Below, in pieces: positions 28,048 to 37,198 of a stretch of 64,000 nucleotides of DNA. The stretch is from the NCBI GenBank assembly GCA_963719315.1, contig CAVRBU010000002.1:256001-320000 (forward strand), in the 5' to 3' direction. This stretch comes from an uncultured Planctomycetota bacterium (GTDB lineage: Bacteria > Planctomycetota > Planctomycetia > Pirellulales > Lacipirellulaceae). The translations under genes and the position numbers were made by a program. Each line of letters starts with the position of its first letter. The first letter of the stretch is position 1. A model generated the notes under the pieces. That model saw only the letters and a list, made by a program, of their open reading frames with translations, was not told where the DNA came from and made no database searches.

Positions 28048-30270
28048 CTAGCGGCGGACGGGGGTTGTCGCCGGAAGTTCGGCAGTGCGGAGTTGTTGGT
28101 CGCCGGCTGGAGCGGGCGCTGCCGTTGCTGGCACTGGGCCTTTGTAAAGCCGGGCAACCGTCACGCGGCCGATGTACGGAGAATTACCCGCGGGCAAGAC
28201 TGCCGGCAGGCGACGCAAGCGGCCATCGTCGACGAACGCGCGGACTTGCTCATTGCGACCGGCGACGCCGAATTGAAACTCGGCCGACGGGATTTGTGTA
28301 GCCGACATTGGCTCGGAAGATTCGACGTTCGCGGGAGCGGGCAGAGAATCGTCGGCGCCTTCGATAGGCAGATCAAGACCGTGGGATGTCGGGCCAGATC
28401 CTTTCATGCTACCCGTCGGAACAGGCTCATCGAGCGTGGGTGCCCCGCACGCAGAGTCGTAGGCGGGATTGCCGTCTGCTCCGAGCGGCAAGCGGCGGCA
28501 GCAGGGCGGGCAGCCTTCGGCTTGGGGAACCTGGTCCAGCCGGCAGCCGATCGTCTCGGCCGCCTGCAACTGGCGGCAGTTCGGCTCGTCGTCGTACGGA
28601 ATGATTTCCGGCATGATGAACACCACGAGCTCGCTCTCGCGGACTTCCGTATCGCGCGAGCGGAACAGCCGACCGACTAGTCTCAAGTCTTTGAGATACG
28701 GCACGCCGGTGAAATCGCCAACATCTTGCCGCTGGCGCAAGCCGCCGATGACGACCAGTTGGCGATTGGCCACGGTCAGCACGGTTGAGGCCGAGCTGGT
28801 ACTGATAATGGGTTGATTGTCGCCGGGCGTGAAGCCTGTGAGACGGCTCACCTCCGGTTTCACTTCCATGCGAATGATCCCGTCGGCGGCGATTTTGGGC
28901 CGCACATGCAGCGTAATGCCGGCTTTTTTGAAGGCCGTGGTGCCGATATCTCCGCCTTGCTGCGTTTGGGTAAGTTGCTGGTAGGGGATTTCCTGGACTT
29001 GCTCGATAATCGCGTCTTCGTTTTCGAGCACGGCCACATTGGGGTCGGCCAGCAGCCGGGCATCCTTGGCAGTTTGCAGACAGCGGGCGACCGCGGTGAG
29101 ATCGATGTTTCTGCTGAGATTCATGAACGTGAGTGTGTTCCCGGCCGCGCCGGCGGCAAACGGCACTTTTGTGATCGAATCGATATCGAGCGACGTTTGC
29201 GGATCGCCATTGGCGTCGATGCGGCCTTTGAACGTGGGATTCCAATTAATGCCGATCTGTTCGATATCCTGCAGGCTGATGTCGTACAACCAGGCGACAA
29301 TTCTCACCTGCGGGCGCGGATGGTCGATACGCTGCAAGACCTTCTCTATCATCGCTAAATTTTCAGCGTAATCGCTCACGAGCAAGCGGTCTTCTTTTTC
29401 CATCACCGCGACGCGGCCTTCTTTGCTTAGAACCGCCTGCAGCGCCTGCTCGGCGGTTTTGGCGGAAATGTGTTGTGTGCGGAAATATCCGACTTCGAGC
29501 GGCACGCCGCTGCGATTCTCCGCCGACGGAAAACGGCCATTGCCGGCGTTATCGAGGGTGGCGACGAACTCGCGAATCATCTTAACGCGATCTGGAAAAT
29601 CGAGCACCACGATGCTGTGGGCCGATTTCAGCGGGCGAACCTGACCCTTGGGGGTGATCAGAAGTTGTGCGCCCTGAACCACTTCTTCGATGTCGGCGTT
29701 TTGGACCGCTATCGTGGCCGATTGAAAGAACGGGTTGACCTGCCCCAGATCGGCGACCGAGCTGACCACCAGGCTTTTGCCGACGGCGCGGTAGTTATAG
29801 CCGTTGGAGAGCAGGATGGCGTCGAGGATTTCTCGCAGGGGTGCATGCTTGAAGACGCCGTTGACGTTTCCCTGCAAGTCGCAGGCGACGATGTTGATAT
29901 TCCACTGTTCGCCGATCGTGAATAGAGCCGCATTCAACGAAAGGCCGTGCAAGTTGAGGTCGCCCGGCCGCTCCAGCGCAGTGGCCAGATCGTCGCTCTC
30001 TTTGGGCGCAGCAGGAGGCGTCGCTGGAGTCTTTTGGGGGTCTGTTGCCTCGGTGTTTGACAGCGGTGGTGGCGCAGGCGGCTTGGGGCGCTTGGCAATG
30101 CTGGGAGATTCCGAGGTGAGTTCGGGCGGCTGAAGCGACGGCACCTGAGCGATCGCAATGGCTGGAATCATGAATACGGCAAGCGCCAATGCGAGCGCAG
30201 GGGGAGCGCAGCAGCATCGCGGCGACGCGGTGGGGCGTCGCATGCGGCTCGAAGCGCTCCGTCGTATCAT
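28048..30270 (-). CDS. Secretin (PilQ/GspD family)
   Basis: RIDHPRPQVRI, A.LLADP.VAVLENE.A, GITLHVRP.I, VVIGGL, GVPYLKDL..VGRLF, ELVVFI.PEI. Confidence 0.92.
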   Translation of the reverse strand: MIRRSASSRMRRPTASPRCCCAPPALALALAVFMIPAIAIAQVPSLQPPELTSESPSIAKRPKPPAPPPLSNTEATDPQKTPATPPAAPKESDDLATALERPGDLNLHGLSLNAALFTIGEQWNINIVACDLQGNVNGVFKHAPLREILDAILLSNGYNYRAVGKSLVVSSVADLGQVNPFFQSATIAVQNADIEEVVQGAQLLITPKGQVRPLKSAHSIVVLDFPDRVKMIREFVATLDNAGNGRFPSAENRSGVPLEVGYFRTQHISAKTAEQALQAVLSKEGRVAVMEKEDRLLVSDYAENLAMIEKVLQRIDHPRPQVRIVAWLYDISLQDIEQIGINWNPTFKGRIDANGDPQTSLDIDSITKVPFAAGAAGNTLTFMNLSRNIDLTAVARCLQTAKDARLLADPNVAVLENEDAIIEQVQEIPYQQLTQTQQGGDIGTTAFKKAGITLHVRPKIAADGIIRMEVKPEVSRLTGFTPGDNQPIISTSSASTVLTVANRQLVVIGGLRQRQDVGDFTGVPYLKDLRLVGRLFRSRDTEVRESELVVFIMPEIIPYDDEPNCRQLQAAETIGCRLDQVPQAEGCPPCCRRLPLGADGNPAYDSACGAPTLDEPVPTGSMKGSGPTSHGLDLPIEGADDSLPAPANVESSEPMSATQIPSAEFQFGVAGRNEQVRAFVDDGRLRRLPAVLPAGNSPYIGRVTVARLYKGPVPATAAPAPAGDQQLRTAELPATTPVRR

Positions 30271-30424
30271 GTGTCCTCCATTGACACTCGGTGAGTCCAA
30301 TTGCAGCTTCGATTCCGTTGCAGACTGCCGATCGGATTGGCGCTCGCAGCGCGAGCTAAGGATGTTTCGGCTGCGGCGCCTTGTTTCCGCTTCGGGCTGA
30401 GATCAGGTGCATAAGACTACTACC

Positions 30425-31051
30425 CTATCCCTTGCGGGCCAGGGTGTAGTACCAAACTTCCATTTCCAATGTGAGAGCCTGCCGCGTCGGGCTCGAGGGG
30501 TACATCTCCAACGACTTGGTGTGCATCAACATTCCCGATGAGGCGACCTTCTCGACCATACTCCGTAAACTCGTGCTTGTGCCGCTGAGCGACAGGCTCA
30601 CGGGCCGCCATTCCAACTGGAAACTGGATTCACCAACAGCGGCAGGTGGTTTTTTATCGCTCACTGGGGCAGTCGGGTTTTCGCCCGGTTGCCACTCGCG
30701 AGAGGAAACTTCGCCGACGCTCAATTTGCGGATGCTGCAGCCGGTCTCCTTGGCCAGGTCCACGAGGGTGCTGCGTAACGCGGGAAGCGACTCATCATCA
30801 ACGGTTCGGGCCTCAAAAGCTTTTAGCTGAGCCGTCTTTTCGGAAACCCGTGTTTCAAACGCCTGAAGCTCCGCCGCGACATTTCGGGCAGAGTTTAGCT
30901 CTACGATCAAACTCTCCTGTTCGTCATGGCCCGCTCGTATGAGATCGACAAGCGGCAATATCAGCACAAGTCCTACAATAAACGTTCCGGCTATAACGAT
31001 TAGCTTGCGATGTTTGGATTCGCAAAATCGCCGTAGAGCTTGATCAATCAT
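30425..31051 (-). CDS. PilO/GspM-like protein
   Basis: N-terminal TM, coiled coil and ferredoxin-like beta pattern; lies between PilMN and the secretin. Confidence 0.65.
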   Translation of the reverse strand: MIDQALRRFCESKHRKLIVIAGTFIVGLVLILPLVDLIRAGHDEQESLIVELNSARNVAAELQAFETRVSEKTAQLKAFEARTVDDESLPALRSTLVDLAKETGCSIRKLSVGEVSSREWQPGENPTAPVSDKKPPAAVGESSFQLEWRPVSLSLSGTSTSLRSMVEKVASSGMLMHTKSLEMYPSSPTRQALTLEMEVWYYTLARKG

Positions 31052-32615
31052 GGCGAGCCTCCTCTTCGCTGTGATCCGCAAGGTTTGCCAAGGTGAGTTG
31101 CAGCGTGAAGTTTGTAGTCGGTCCGGTGGCGCTTTGGCCCACGCCGGTGCCTTCGAGGGCGATTTCCGAGATGCCGGGCACCTTCTTTAGATAGCCCACA
31201 AAGTCGTATACGCCGCCGTCGGTGTAGCTAGCACCGGTGAGCGACGCGGTCGTTCCATCGTGGAATGCTAGCCGATCGAGCCAGACGTCGTCCGGCATGC
31301 TCTGACCGATATGGTTAAGAATCTGCTGCCAATCGGGCTGCGGCAGTTGATTGTCGAGCGATTGGAGCTGCAAGAGCTTGTTTTCCGCGGCTCCCAATGT
31401 AAGACGCAATTCCGTAGCCCGCGTACAAGCGGGAGCCAGCGTGTCGAGTTCGCCGCGGATGGTCGCAAGCTCTCGCCATTGCTTCAAATGCACCAGCATT
31501 AGAGCGGCGGCAATCAGCATAACGGCCGCAATTGGCGCAAGGCTGCGGATCATGATCGGCCGCATCGGCTCGCGGAGTTGTGCCAGCGCCGTTTCGATCA
31601 GGTTCGGACCCTGCTTTTCGGTTGAATCGGAGTACAAAGCCAGGGCCGTGCCGAGCGTAGCTGCCAGGTCGGTGCCGGGCGTTTCAGCCGCGTGGCTCCA
31701 CGGCATGTCGATGTCGGCCGGTTCGAGCACATGTACCTGAAAACTCAGCAGCGCGCTGAATTTCTGGCGGGCTCGGGCAACGGCATCCACATCTCCGGCG
31801 AGGTAAACGTGGCGGAGCGGCGCATCCAAGTAGCTGTGATAACGCTCGATGTAACGTTGTAAGCGTGACAAATGCTGGGAAACGAGATCAGCGACATTGT
31901 CAGGGTTCGTGCGGCCGCCGGGGCGATAGTCGAGCAGTAAGCGGCCGCCATGGCAAACTCCTAGTTCGGCGACATCTTCGTCGAGCTGAATGATCAAGCA
32001 GGCATCTTTACAGGTTTCTCGAAGTTGGGGCTGGACGCGGCTGAGCGCGATCAGGGACGGCTCAATCGATTCGATCTGGAGTCCGACGGCGGCAGCGATC
32101 TGCATTAAATGATCTAGTGTGCGTTGGTTTGCAACCGCCAGCAATGCGTGCTGATGCCGCGCGTCGAGTTGCTGCGTATTGCCAGCGAGCGCTTTGGGCC
32201 CCGGGCCCAACGTAAGATATCGCAAACTGCGTTCTTCAAGTTCGGCAAACTCCCGGCGAACGTCATCCGTTGGTCCTGTAATGACGCGGGTAACACAGTA
32301 TTCGCCGCTCAAGGCGATTCGGACCTTCGCTCCGGAGAGCCGCCCCTCACTTACCATTGCGCGAATCGCGTCGGTGAGTTCGCGAACACCTTGCTCGGTG
32401 TGGAGCGAGGAGGCTTCCTTTCGCCAGCGAATTGAGCGCGTGACGATGCGGTCACCAGCCTTATCAGCACCGTTGCCACGGACGACCAGCGCCAGGTGCA
32501 GCATCGACCGGCAAACCTCAAAAATGGCGCAGCGGCCTTCCGACTGACGGCGTCGGTCGCCGCTGAGACGACGCTCGCTGCGCTCGCGACGGTCTTTTGC
32601 GCTTTGGCTGGACAT
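31044..32615 (-). CDS. PilM-PilN (GspL-like) fusion
   Basis: Actin-like N-terminal part (GLQIESIEP, VYLAG), PNL motif, TM, coiled coil, MPDDVWL PilN signature. Confidence 0.75.
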   Translation of the reverse strand: MSSQSAKDRRERSERRLSGDRRRQSEGRCAIFEVCRSMLHLALVVRGNGADKAGDRIVTRSIRWRKEASSLHTEQGVRELTDAIRAMVSEGRLSGAKVRIALSGEYCVTRVITGPTDDVRREFAELEERSLRYLTLGPGPKALAGNTQQLDARHQHALLAVANQRTLDHLMQIAAAVGLQIESIEPSLIALSRVQPQLRETCKDACLIIQLDEDVAELGVCHGGRLLLDYRPGGRTNPDNVADLVSQHLSRLQRYIERYHSYLDAPLRHVYLAGDVDAVARARQKFSALLSFQVHVLEPADIDMPWSHAAETPGTDLAATLGTALALYSDSTEKQGPNLIETALAQLREPMRPIMIRSLAPIAAVMLIAAALMLVHLKQWRELATIRGELDTLAPACTRATELRLTLGAAENKLLQLQSLDNQLPQPDWQQILNHIGQSMPDDVWLDRLAFHDGTTASLTGASYTDGGVYDFVGYLKKVPGISEIALEGTGVGQSATGPTTNFTLQLTLANLADHSEEEARHD

Positions 32616-32625
32616 TTTCAAACCT

Positions 32626-33042
32626 CTAATTTGCCAACACGGTGGATAACAAACGGCGCGTTGTGCCGCCGGCCACGCCGGTGGATGTAATATCAACTGT
32701 TCCCGCCGTTACGCCCGTCACGGCGGTCGCCGAGTAAGATCCGCTCGCCGGATAGCTGCCGGCCGTGACGGTCCCCCGCCAACTCACGTTGCTTTCCAAC
32801 TGGGCGAGCACGTGGTGTACGCCGGCGTTTGCCTGGTACAACGCTTGCTCGTACTCAATCGAGTTGCGGAGCGCCGATTGATAGATTGATGCCGACTCAA
32901 GCATGTCCACCGCCCAGACGGTGACCAGCGACAGGACGAATAGGCACACTAGCAACGCGATCGCTCGGGGCCGATCGGCTTTGTGCCGGCGGTGGCGAAC
33001 AGCAAACATCACGATTGATGTGTTGGATTGCATCGACGTCAC
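32626..33042 (-). CDS. PilX/GspK-like minor pilin
   Basis: A|IALLVCLFVLSLV lacks Glu5; QALYQANAGV; I.STG motif. Confidence 0.7.
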   Translation of the reverse strand: MTSMQSNTSIVMFAVRHRRHKADRPRAIALLVCLFVLSLVTVWAVDMLESASIYQSALRNSIEYEQALYQANAGVHHVLAQLESNVSWRGTVTAGSYPASGSYSATAVTGVTAGTVDITSTGVAGGTTRRLLSTVLAN

Positions 33043-33563
33043 CATGAACGAATCCAGGCACGGGTCGTGAGGGTGCGGGTAACGCCGGCGCCGCGGGGCA
33101 ACGTGATTTGGGTTTGGCACTCAACAATCTGAATTTCGCCGACAGTCGTGGTTGGGGTTGCGCCGTCGGCTCTGTATCCTTTGAACGTCAGCGAGTTGAT
33201 GTTCTTCGCTAAAAGCTGATTGCTAGTGCCGTTATTGAAGTACACGTCGTTTGACGCGTTGCGGGCCCAGGTGCGCGTCGCGCCCGAGGGTGTCGTAAAT
33301 GACAAACTGCCCAAGGTATTGTTCGAGGCGGTTATCGCGGTGACAGCCGTCGCCTGTCGCATTTGAGTTACGAAGTGCCGCAGGACGCCGTAGCCGTTTT
33401 CCAAGACGTCGATGTCGGCTTCCTGGGCGTTCCAGACGGCGTAGCCCGAGCGCATCACCACGACGACCGAAGCCGTAATGGTGGCCATGATGGCGGTTGC
33501 TGCCATCATCTCCAGCAGCGACAAACCGCTGCGCCGCGTTTTAGCTACCGGCCTTGGTCGCAT
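33039..33563 (-). CDS. Minor pilin (PilW/GspJ-like)
   Basis: RRSG|LSLLEMMAATAIM class III signal. Confidence 0.8.
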   Translation of the reverse strand: MRPRPVAKTRRSGLSLLEMMAATAIMATITASVVVVMRSGYAVWNAQEADIDVLENGYGVLRHFVTQMRQATAVTAITASNNTLGSLSFTTPSGATRTWARNASNDVYFNNGTSNQLLAKNINSLTFKGYRADGATPTTTVGEIQIVECQTQITLPRGAGVTRTLTTRAWIRSW

Positions 33564-34020
33564 AACTCACCAGTTTGGCAATTTTGGTAGACAGGGTGAT
33601 CCGAGCTTCATTCGAATCCATCGAGCCGTTTCCATTGTCGTCGCTGTACGTTGTGACGGAAACGTTCATGAGTTGATTTGTGATTCCGCCGCTGACGGCA
33701 GAGTCGGAGCGTGTGACGATAAAGCGGATGCTGGACTGGCCGTCGGATGCGAAGTTGCCAGTAGCGGTTCCCGTTGCCCAGGTGGCGCCGACGACGGCCA
33801 ACTGTTCCTCCATCTTGCTGACGCCATACGTGAGGAGCAGATGGCGTGTGTCGATGATGTCGCCGAGGGCGATCCCGTCGCGCATCACGGCCAGCGCCGG
33901 GACAAGGGCTGAGGCACAGATCGCCGAGGCCAAGACGACCTCCAGCAATGAATATGCGTGCCGCGCGCGAGGGCGTTTGCGCGATGCTCTGCGGCAGAAA
34001 TGGGATGTGTTCGAGGACAT
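33541..34020 (-). CDS. Minor pilin (PilV/GspI-like)
   Basis: RHA|YSLLEVVLASAI class III signal. Confidence 0.75.
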   Translation of the reverse strand: MSSNTSHFCRRASRKRPRARHAYSLLEVVLASAICASALVPALAVMRDGIALGDIIDTRHLLLTYGVSKMEEQLAVVGATWATGTATGNFASDGQSSIRFIVTRSDSAVSGGITNQLMNVSVTTYSDDNGNGSMDSNEARITLSTKIAKLVSYATKAGS

Positions 34021-34221
34021 TTCGTGAATGGTGAGAAAACCGTGCTACAGGCGCTGATTCGCGGTCCGCGTGGGTGCGATGACCCATGAAAACGTAGCTT
34101 TTGCCAGCGTCCAATCAATGAAGCGAGCGTAGCCGAGAATGCCGACTGGTACGGTTAGAGGGATTCGGGGCGGCCGGCCGTGGGAATCGGATTCGACTTT
34201 CGGAGAAACTCGACCACGTGG

Positions 34222-34716
34222 TCATTGCACAAAGGCTTTGCCGGTGACTTGCGGCACAGTGACGGTTCGCGATCGATCGGCGGAGGTAACGGTCACCGTG
34301 TAGGATGCCAGGGCTTCGCCAGTGAATTGGAATTCCAGGTCGGAGACTCCGCCGGTTGTGACCGTTACATTTGCAGGTACGGTGTGCACATCATCCACAA
34401 GGGTCGCCACGCCGCCGATCCTGCGGTAAACGGCATATTGCGTCGCATTGCCGCCGGAGAGAGTGAACTGCAACAGGTGATTGTCGCCCGTTGCGATGGC
34501 TCGCCGCCGGGCCTGTGAGCAATCGAGCGCCACCCGCCGCGAGAAGCCTTGGGCGCCGACATCGGCCAAGGTGGTCATTGAATAGCGGGTTACCGCCATC
34601 AAGCTCACGATGCCGATGATGAACGTGACGGCAATAATCTCAAAAAGCGTCATGGCACGGCGTGCCACAGCGCGCCGTGCCATGTCCATGTTTTGAAGGT
34701 GCGATCGATCCATCAC
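34222..34716 (-). CDS. FimT/GspH-like minor pilin
   Basis: RRA|MTLFEIIAV; ARRRAI; F...GE; TG. Confidence 0.75.
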   Translation of the reverse strand: MMDRSHLQNMDMARRAVARRAMTLFEIIAVTFIIGIVSLMAVTRYSMTTLADVGAQGFSRRVALDCSQARRRAIATGDNHLLQFTLSGGNATQYAVYRRIGGVATLVDDVHTVPANVTVTTGGVSDLEFQFTGEALASYTVTVTSADRSRTVTVPQVTGKAFVQ

Positions 34717-34734
34717 ACCATCCTGTAAATCGAC

Positions 34735-35055
34735 CTAGTTGACGCGGTGCGAGGTAGGATTGAGCGTGTACGGCGTGTTGTTTGTGGGATTGGTGGGGAT
34801 GCCGTCCGGAAAGTAGTTTTTGTCGGCGCCTATATTCGAGAGGTTGTTTGCCGGCCACGAGCCCTTTTCCACGTACCAGCGTTCGACCGCGGCATTGATC
34901 GTGGCCTTATTGTGGCTGTTGACATTTTGCTTGGCCGTGTCGCTGGAAACCGAGACGCGCGGCACGATGATGGCCGCGACGATCCCGAGGATCGTCACGA
35001 CGGCCAGCAATTCCATCAGGGAGAATCCGGTTCGCTTGTGCTCTTTGCGCTTCAT
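34735..35055 (-). CDS. Short type IV pilin (copy 2)
   Basis: RTG|FSLMELLAVVTILGIVAAIIVPR. Confidence 0.9.
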   Translation of the reverse strand: MKRKEHKRTGFSLMELLAVVTILGIVAAIIVPRVSVSSDTAKQNVNSHNKATINAAVERWYVEKGSWPANNLSNIGADKNYFPDGIPTNPTNNTPYTLNPTSHRVN

Positions 35056-35100
35056 ATTTACTGCTCCGAAAATCAGGCCCGCAAATTGTCCTCGGCTTCG

Positions 35101-35424
35101 CTAGTTGACCCGGTGCGTAGTGGGATTCAGCGTGTACGGTGCGTTATTCGTTGGATTGGTCGGGATGCCACTAGGAAAATAATTTATGTCTGCGCCGATG
35201 TTCGACAGGTTGTTTGCCGGCCAGGTACCCTTATCGATGTACCAACGTTCGACGGCAGCGTTGATCGTGGCTTTATTGTGCAAATTAACTTTTGTTTTGG
35301 CCGTGTCGCTCGAAATCGCCACGCGCGGCACGATGATCGCCGCGATGATCCCGAGGATCGTCACGACGGCCAACAACTCCATGAGCGAGAAACCCGACCG
35401 CTTGTGGGTGCCAAGTGTTTTCAT
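35101..35424 (-). CDS. Short type IV pilin (copy 1)
   Basis: RSG|FSLMELLAVVTILGIIAAIIVPR; near-duplicate of the next gene. Confidence 0.9.
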   Translation of the reverse strand: MKTLGTHKRSGFSLMELLAVVTILGIIAAIIVPRVAISSDTAKTKVNLHNKATINAAVERWYIDKGTWPANNLSNIGADINYFPSGIPTNPTNNAPYTLNPTTHRVN

Positions 35425-35581
35425 AGCAATTCTCCGATTCAGCATCGTGTTGTTATCGCGCGGAAATGATGACCCTAGGGCGGCGAGACCCTTCGCCTTT
35501 CCGGCAATTCATTATCAAAGAGTAGGTTACAAGTCGAATCGAGCTTTGTATTGGAGACGAATGTTCAGATCTGCAACTCGC

Positions 35582-35935
35582 TTAATGGGTATGACCAATA
35601 ACGAGTCCAGTGGTTGTATTGATTGTGTAGGGTGTGCCATCGATTGGGCAGACTGGCACACCGCTCGGGAAGTACGCCGTGCTAGCGCCGACGTCGCTCA
35701 AGTTGGCGGCAGGATATGAACCGTTCGCCCGTTTCCAGAGTTTGACCTGGAGTTCGATATCGCCCTGGTTCGCGTAGCAAGCGGCTCGGTTCGAGGTGAC
35801 CTGGTGGTTGCCGACGCGCGGAACGATCAGCGAGGCCAGCACACCCAGAATGACCATCACGGCCATCAGCTCGGTGAGTGAGAACGCAGTCGCCCGGGCG
35901 GAATGGTGTCGAAGTTCAACGATAATTCTCTTCAT
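35582..35935 (-). CDS. Short type IV pilin with two Cys
   Basis: RATA|FSLTELMAVMVILG; AC..N and PVCP.DG.PY. Confidence 0.88.
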   Translation of the reverse strand: MKRIIVELRHHSARATAFSLTELMAVMVILGVLASLIVPRVGNHQVTSNRAACYANQGDIELQVKLWKRANGSYPAANLSDVGASTAYFPSGVPVCPIDGTPYTINTTTGLVIGHTH

Positions 35936-35953
35936 GACCGCACCTCTCGGTTG

Positions 35954-37132
35954 TCACTTGACCGTATTGACCATATCGAACATGGGCAAATAAATCGCCA
36001 GCAGGATGACCGCGATGGCTCCGGCCAGCGCGATGGTAAGCGTTGGCTCGATCGTGCCGACGAAGATGTTCGTTTTTCGCTCGATTTCGCGTTGCAGGTG
36101 ATCGCGGATTTGGCTTGTGGACTGCGACAACCTGCCGGTCTGCTCGCCGACGATCACTAGTTGGCTGACGATTGGGGGAAACATGTCTCCGTGTCGTTCG
36201 AGCTCTCGGCTGAATTTTTCGCCGCGGCGAATGGCGTTCTGCAAATCGCGGACACTCTGCCGAATCGCCCGGTTGCCGACACCCTGCCCCGCCTCGCCTA
36301 GCGCCTCGGCCAGGTTGTACCCTGCGTCCATCAAACTGCCCAGTACTTCCATGAATTGCAACACGGTTAGATCGCGAAGCCAGTTTCCGAACAGGGGCGC
36401 ATTGAGGATGGCAGCATCCATCTTGTAGGCAAGTTCCGGCCGCTTTCGCAGTTGCCGAACGACGATCGCGGTTCCCAAGATCAGGCCCACTAGGTACAAG
36501 CCATAACTCTGTGCGAACGCACCAATCGCGATCAGCAGCTTCGTAATGAACGGTAGCGAAACGTGAGCGTCGTCGTACGTCTTCTTGAACACGGGAATCA
36601 CATACGTGAGCAAGAACGTAATGACGGCCGTTCCCATCACCATTAGCAGGATCGGGTAAGCCAGCTTTTTGCCGATTTCGGAACGCAGACGGTAGGCATC
36701 TTCTCGATGGCGAGCGATCGCCGTCAAGGTATCGCCGAGTGTCCCGGAATGTTCGCCAACCTTGATCTGGTTGACCATCACTGGGTCGAACGTATTGCCG
36801 TATCGCGCGAGGGCCGAACTGAAAGTTTCGCCGTTCTCGAGATGACGGCGAATCGAGTGCAGCATGTCGCGCTGTTTCGCCAAGGCCTTTTCCTCAGCCA
36901 ATGTGGCCAGTGCTTTCGGCAAGGACACGCCGCTTCCCGTGAGTGTCGAAAGATTGCGGAGGATGAACACCAAGTCGCGGTCTTTTAGCTTGCTTTGGTT
37001 TCGGCCCTGGCGATTGCCGAATTTTGCAAGTAATCCGGTAGCCGATGCGAGCGTACGCGACGGAACCGCAGCGGCGCCGCCGACCGAAATCGCACCCGCG
37101 TTTGCCAGAGATGTTTTTCGTGCGCGTCGCAT
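35954..37132 (-). CDS. pilC: Type IV pilus/T2SS inner-membrane platform protein
   Basis: GEHSGTL, LAYP, VIPVF, LP.IT, VGEQTG.L, IEP, AIYLPMF. Confidence 0.92.
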   Translation of the reverse strand: MRRARKTSLANAGAISVGGAAAVPSRTLASATGLLAKFGNRQGRNQSKLKDRDLVFILRNLSTLTGSGVSLPKALATLAEEKALAKQRDMLHSIRRHLENGETFSSALARYGNTFDPVMVNQIKVGEHSGTLGDTLTAIARHREDAYRLRSEIGKKLAYPILLMVMGTAVITFLLTYVIPVFKKTYDDAHVSLPFITKLLIAIGAFAQSYGLYLVGLILGTAIVVRQLRKRPELAYKMDAAILNAPLFGNWLRDLTVLQFMEVLGSLMDAGYNLAEALGEAGQGVGNRAIRQSVRDLQNAIRRGEKFSRELERHGDMFPPIVSQLVIVGEQTGRLSQSTSQIRDHLQREIERKTNIFVGTIEPTLTIALAGAIAVILLAIYLPMFDMVNTVK

Positions 37133-37191
37133 GGTCCGTTGTCCACTGCCCGTGGTCCGTTGCTTGCAACAACGGACCACGGACGATGGAC
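37133..37191. repeat. Inverted pair of heptamer arrays (GTCCGTT/AACGGAC-like)
   Basis: GGTCCGTTGTCCACTGCCCGTGGTCCGTTG...CAACAACGGACCACGGACGATGGAC in the pilB-pilC gap. Confidence 0.65.
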
Positions 37192-37198
37192 ACCTCTG

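Noticed and set aside
34021..34221. Possible c-di-GMP-I riboswitch between pilin genes (minus strand GGACGCTGGCAAAAGCTAC)
   Set aside because: Only a loose resemblance; no GGCAAA-stem-GAAA P2 arrangement.
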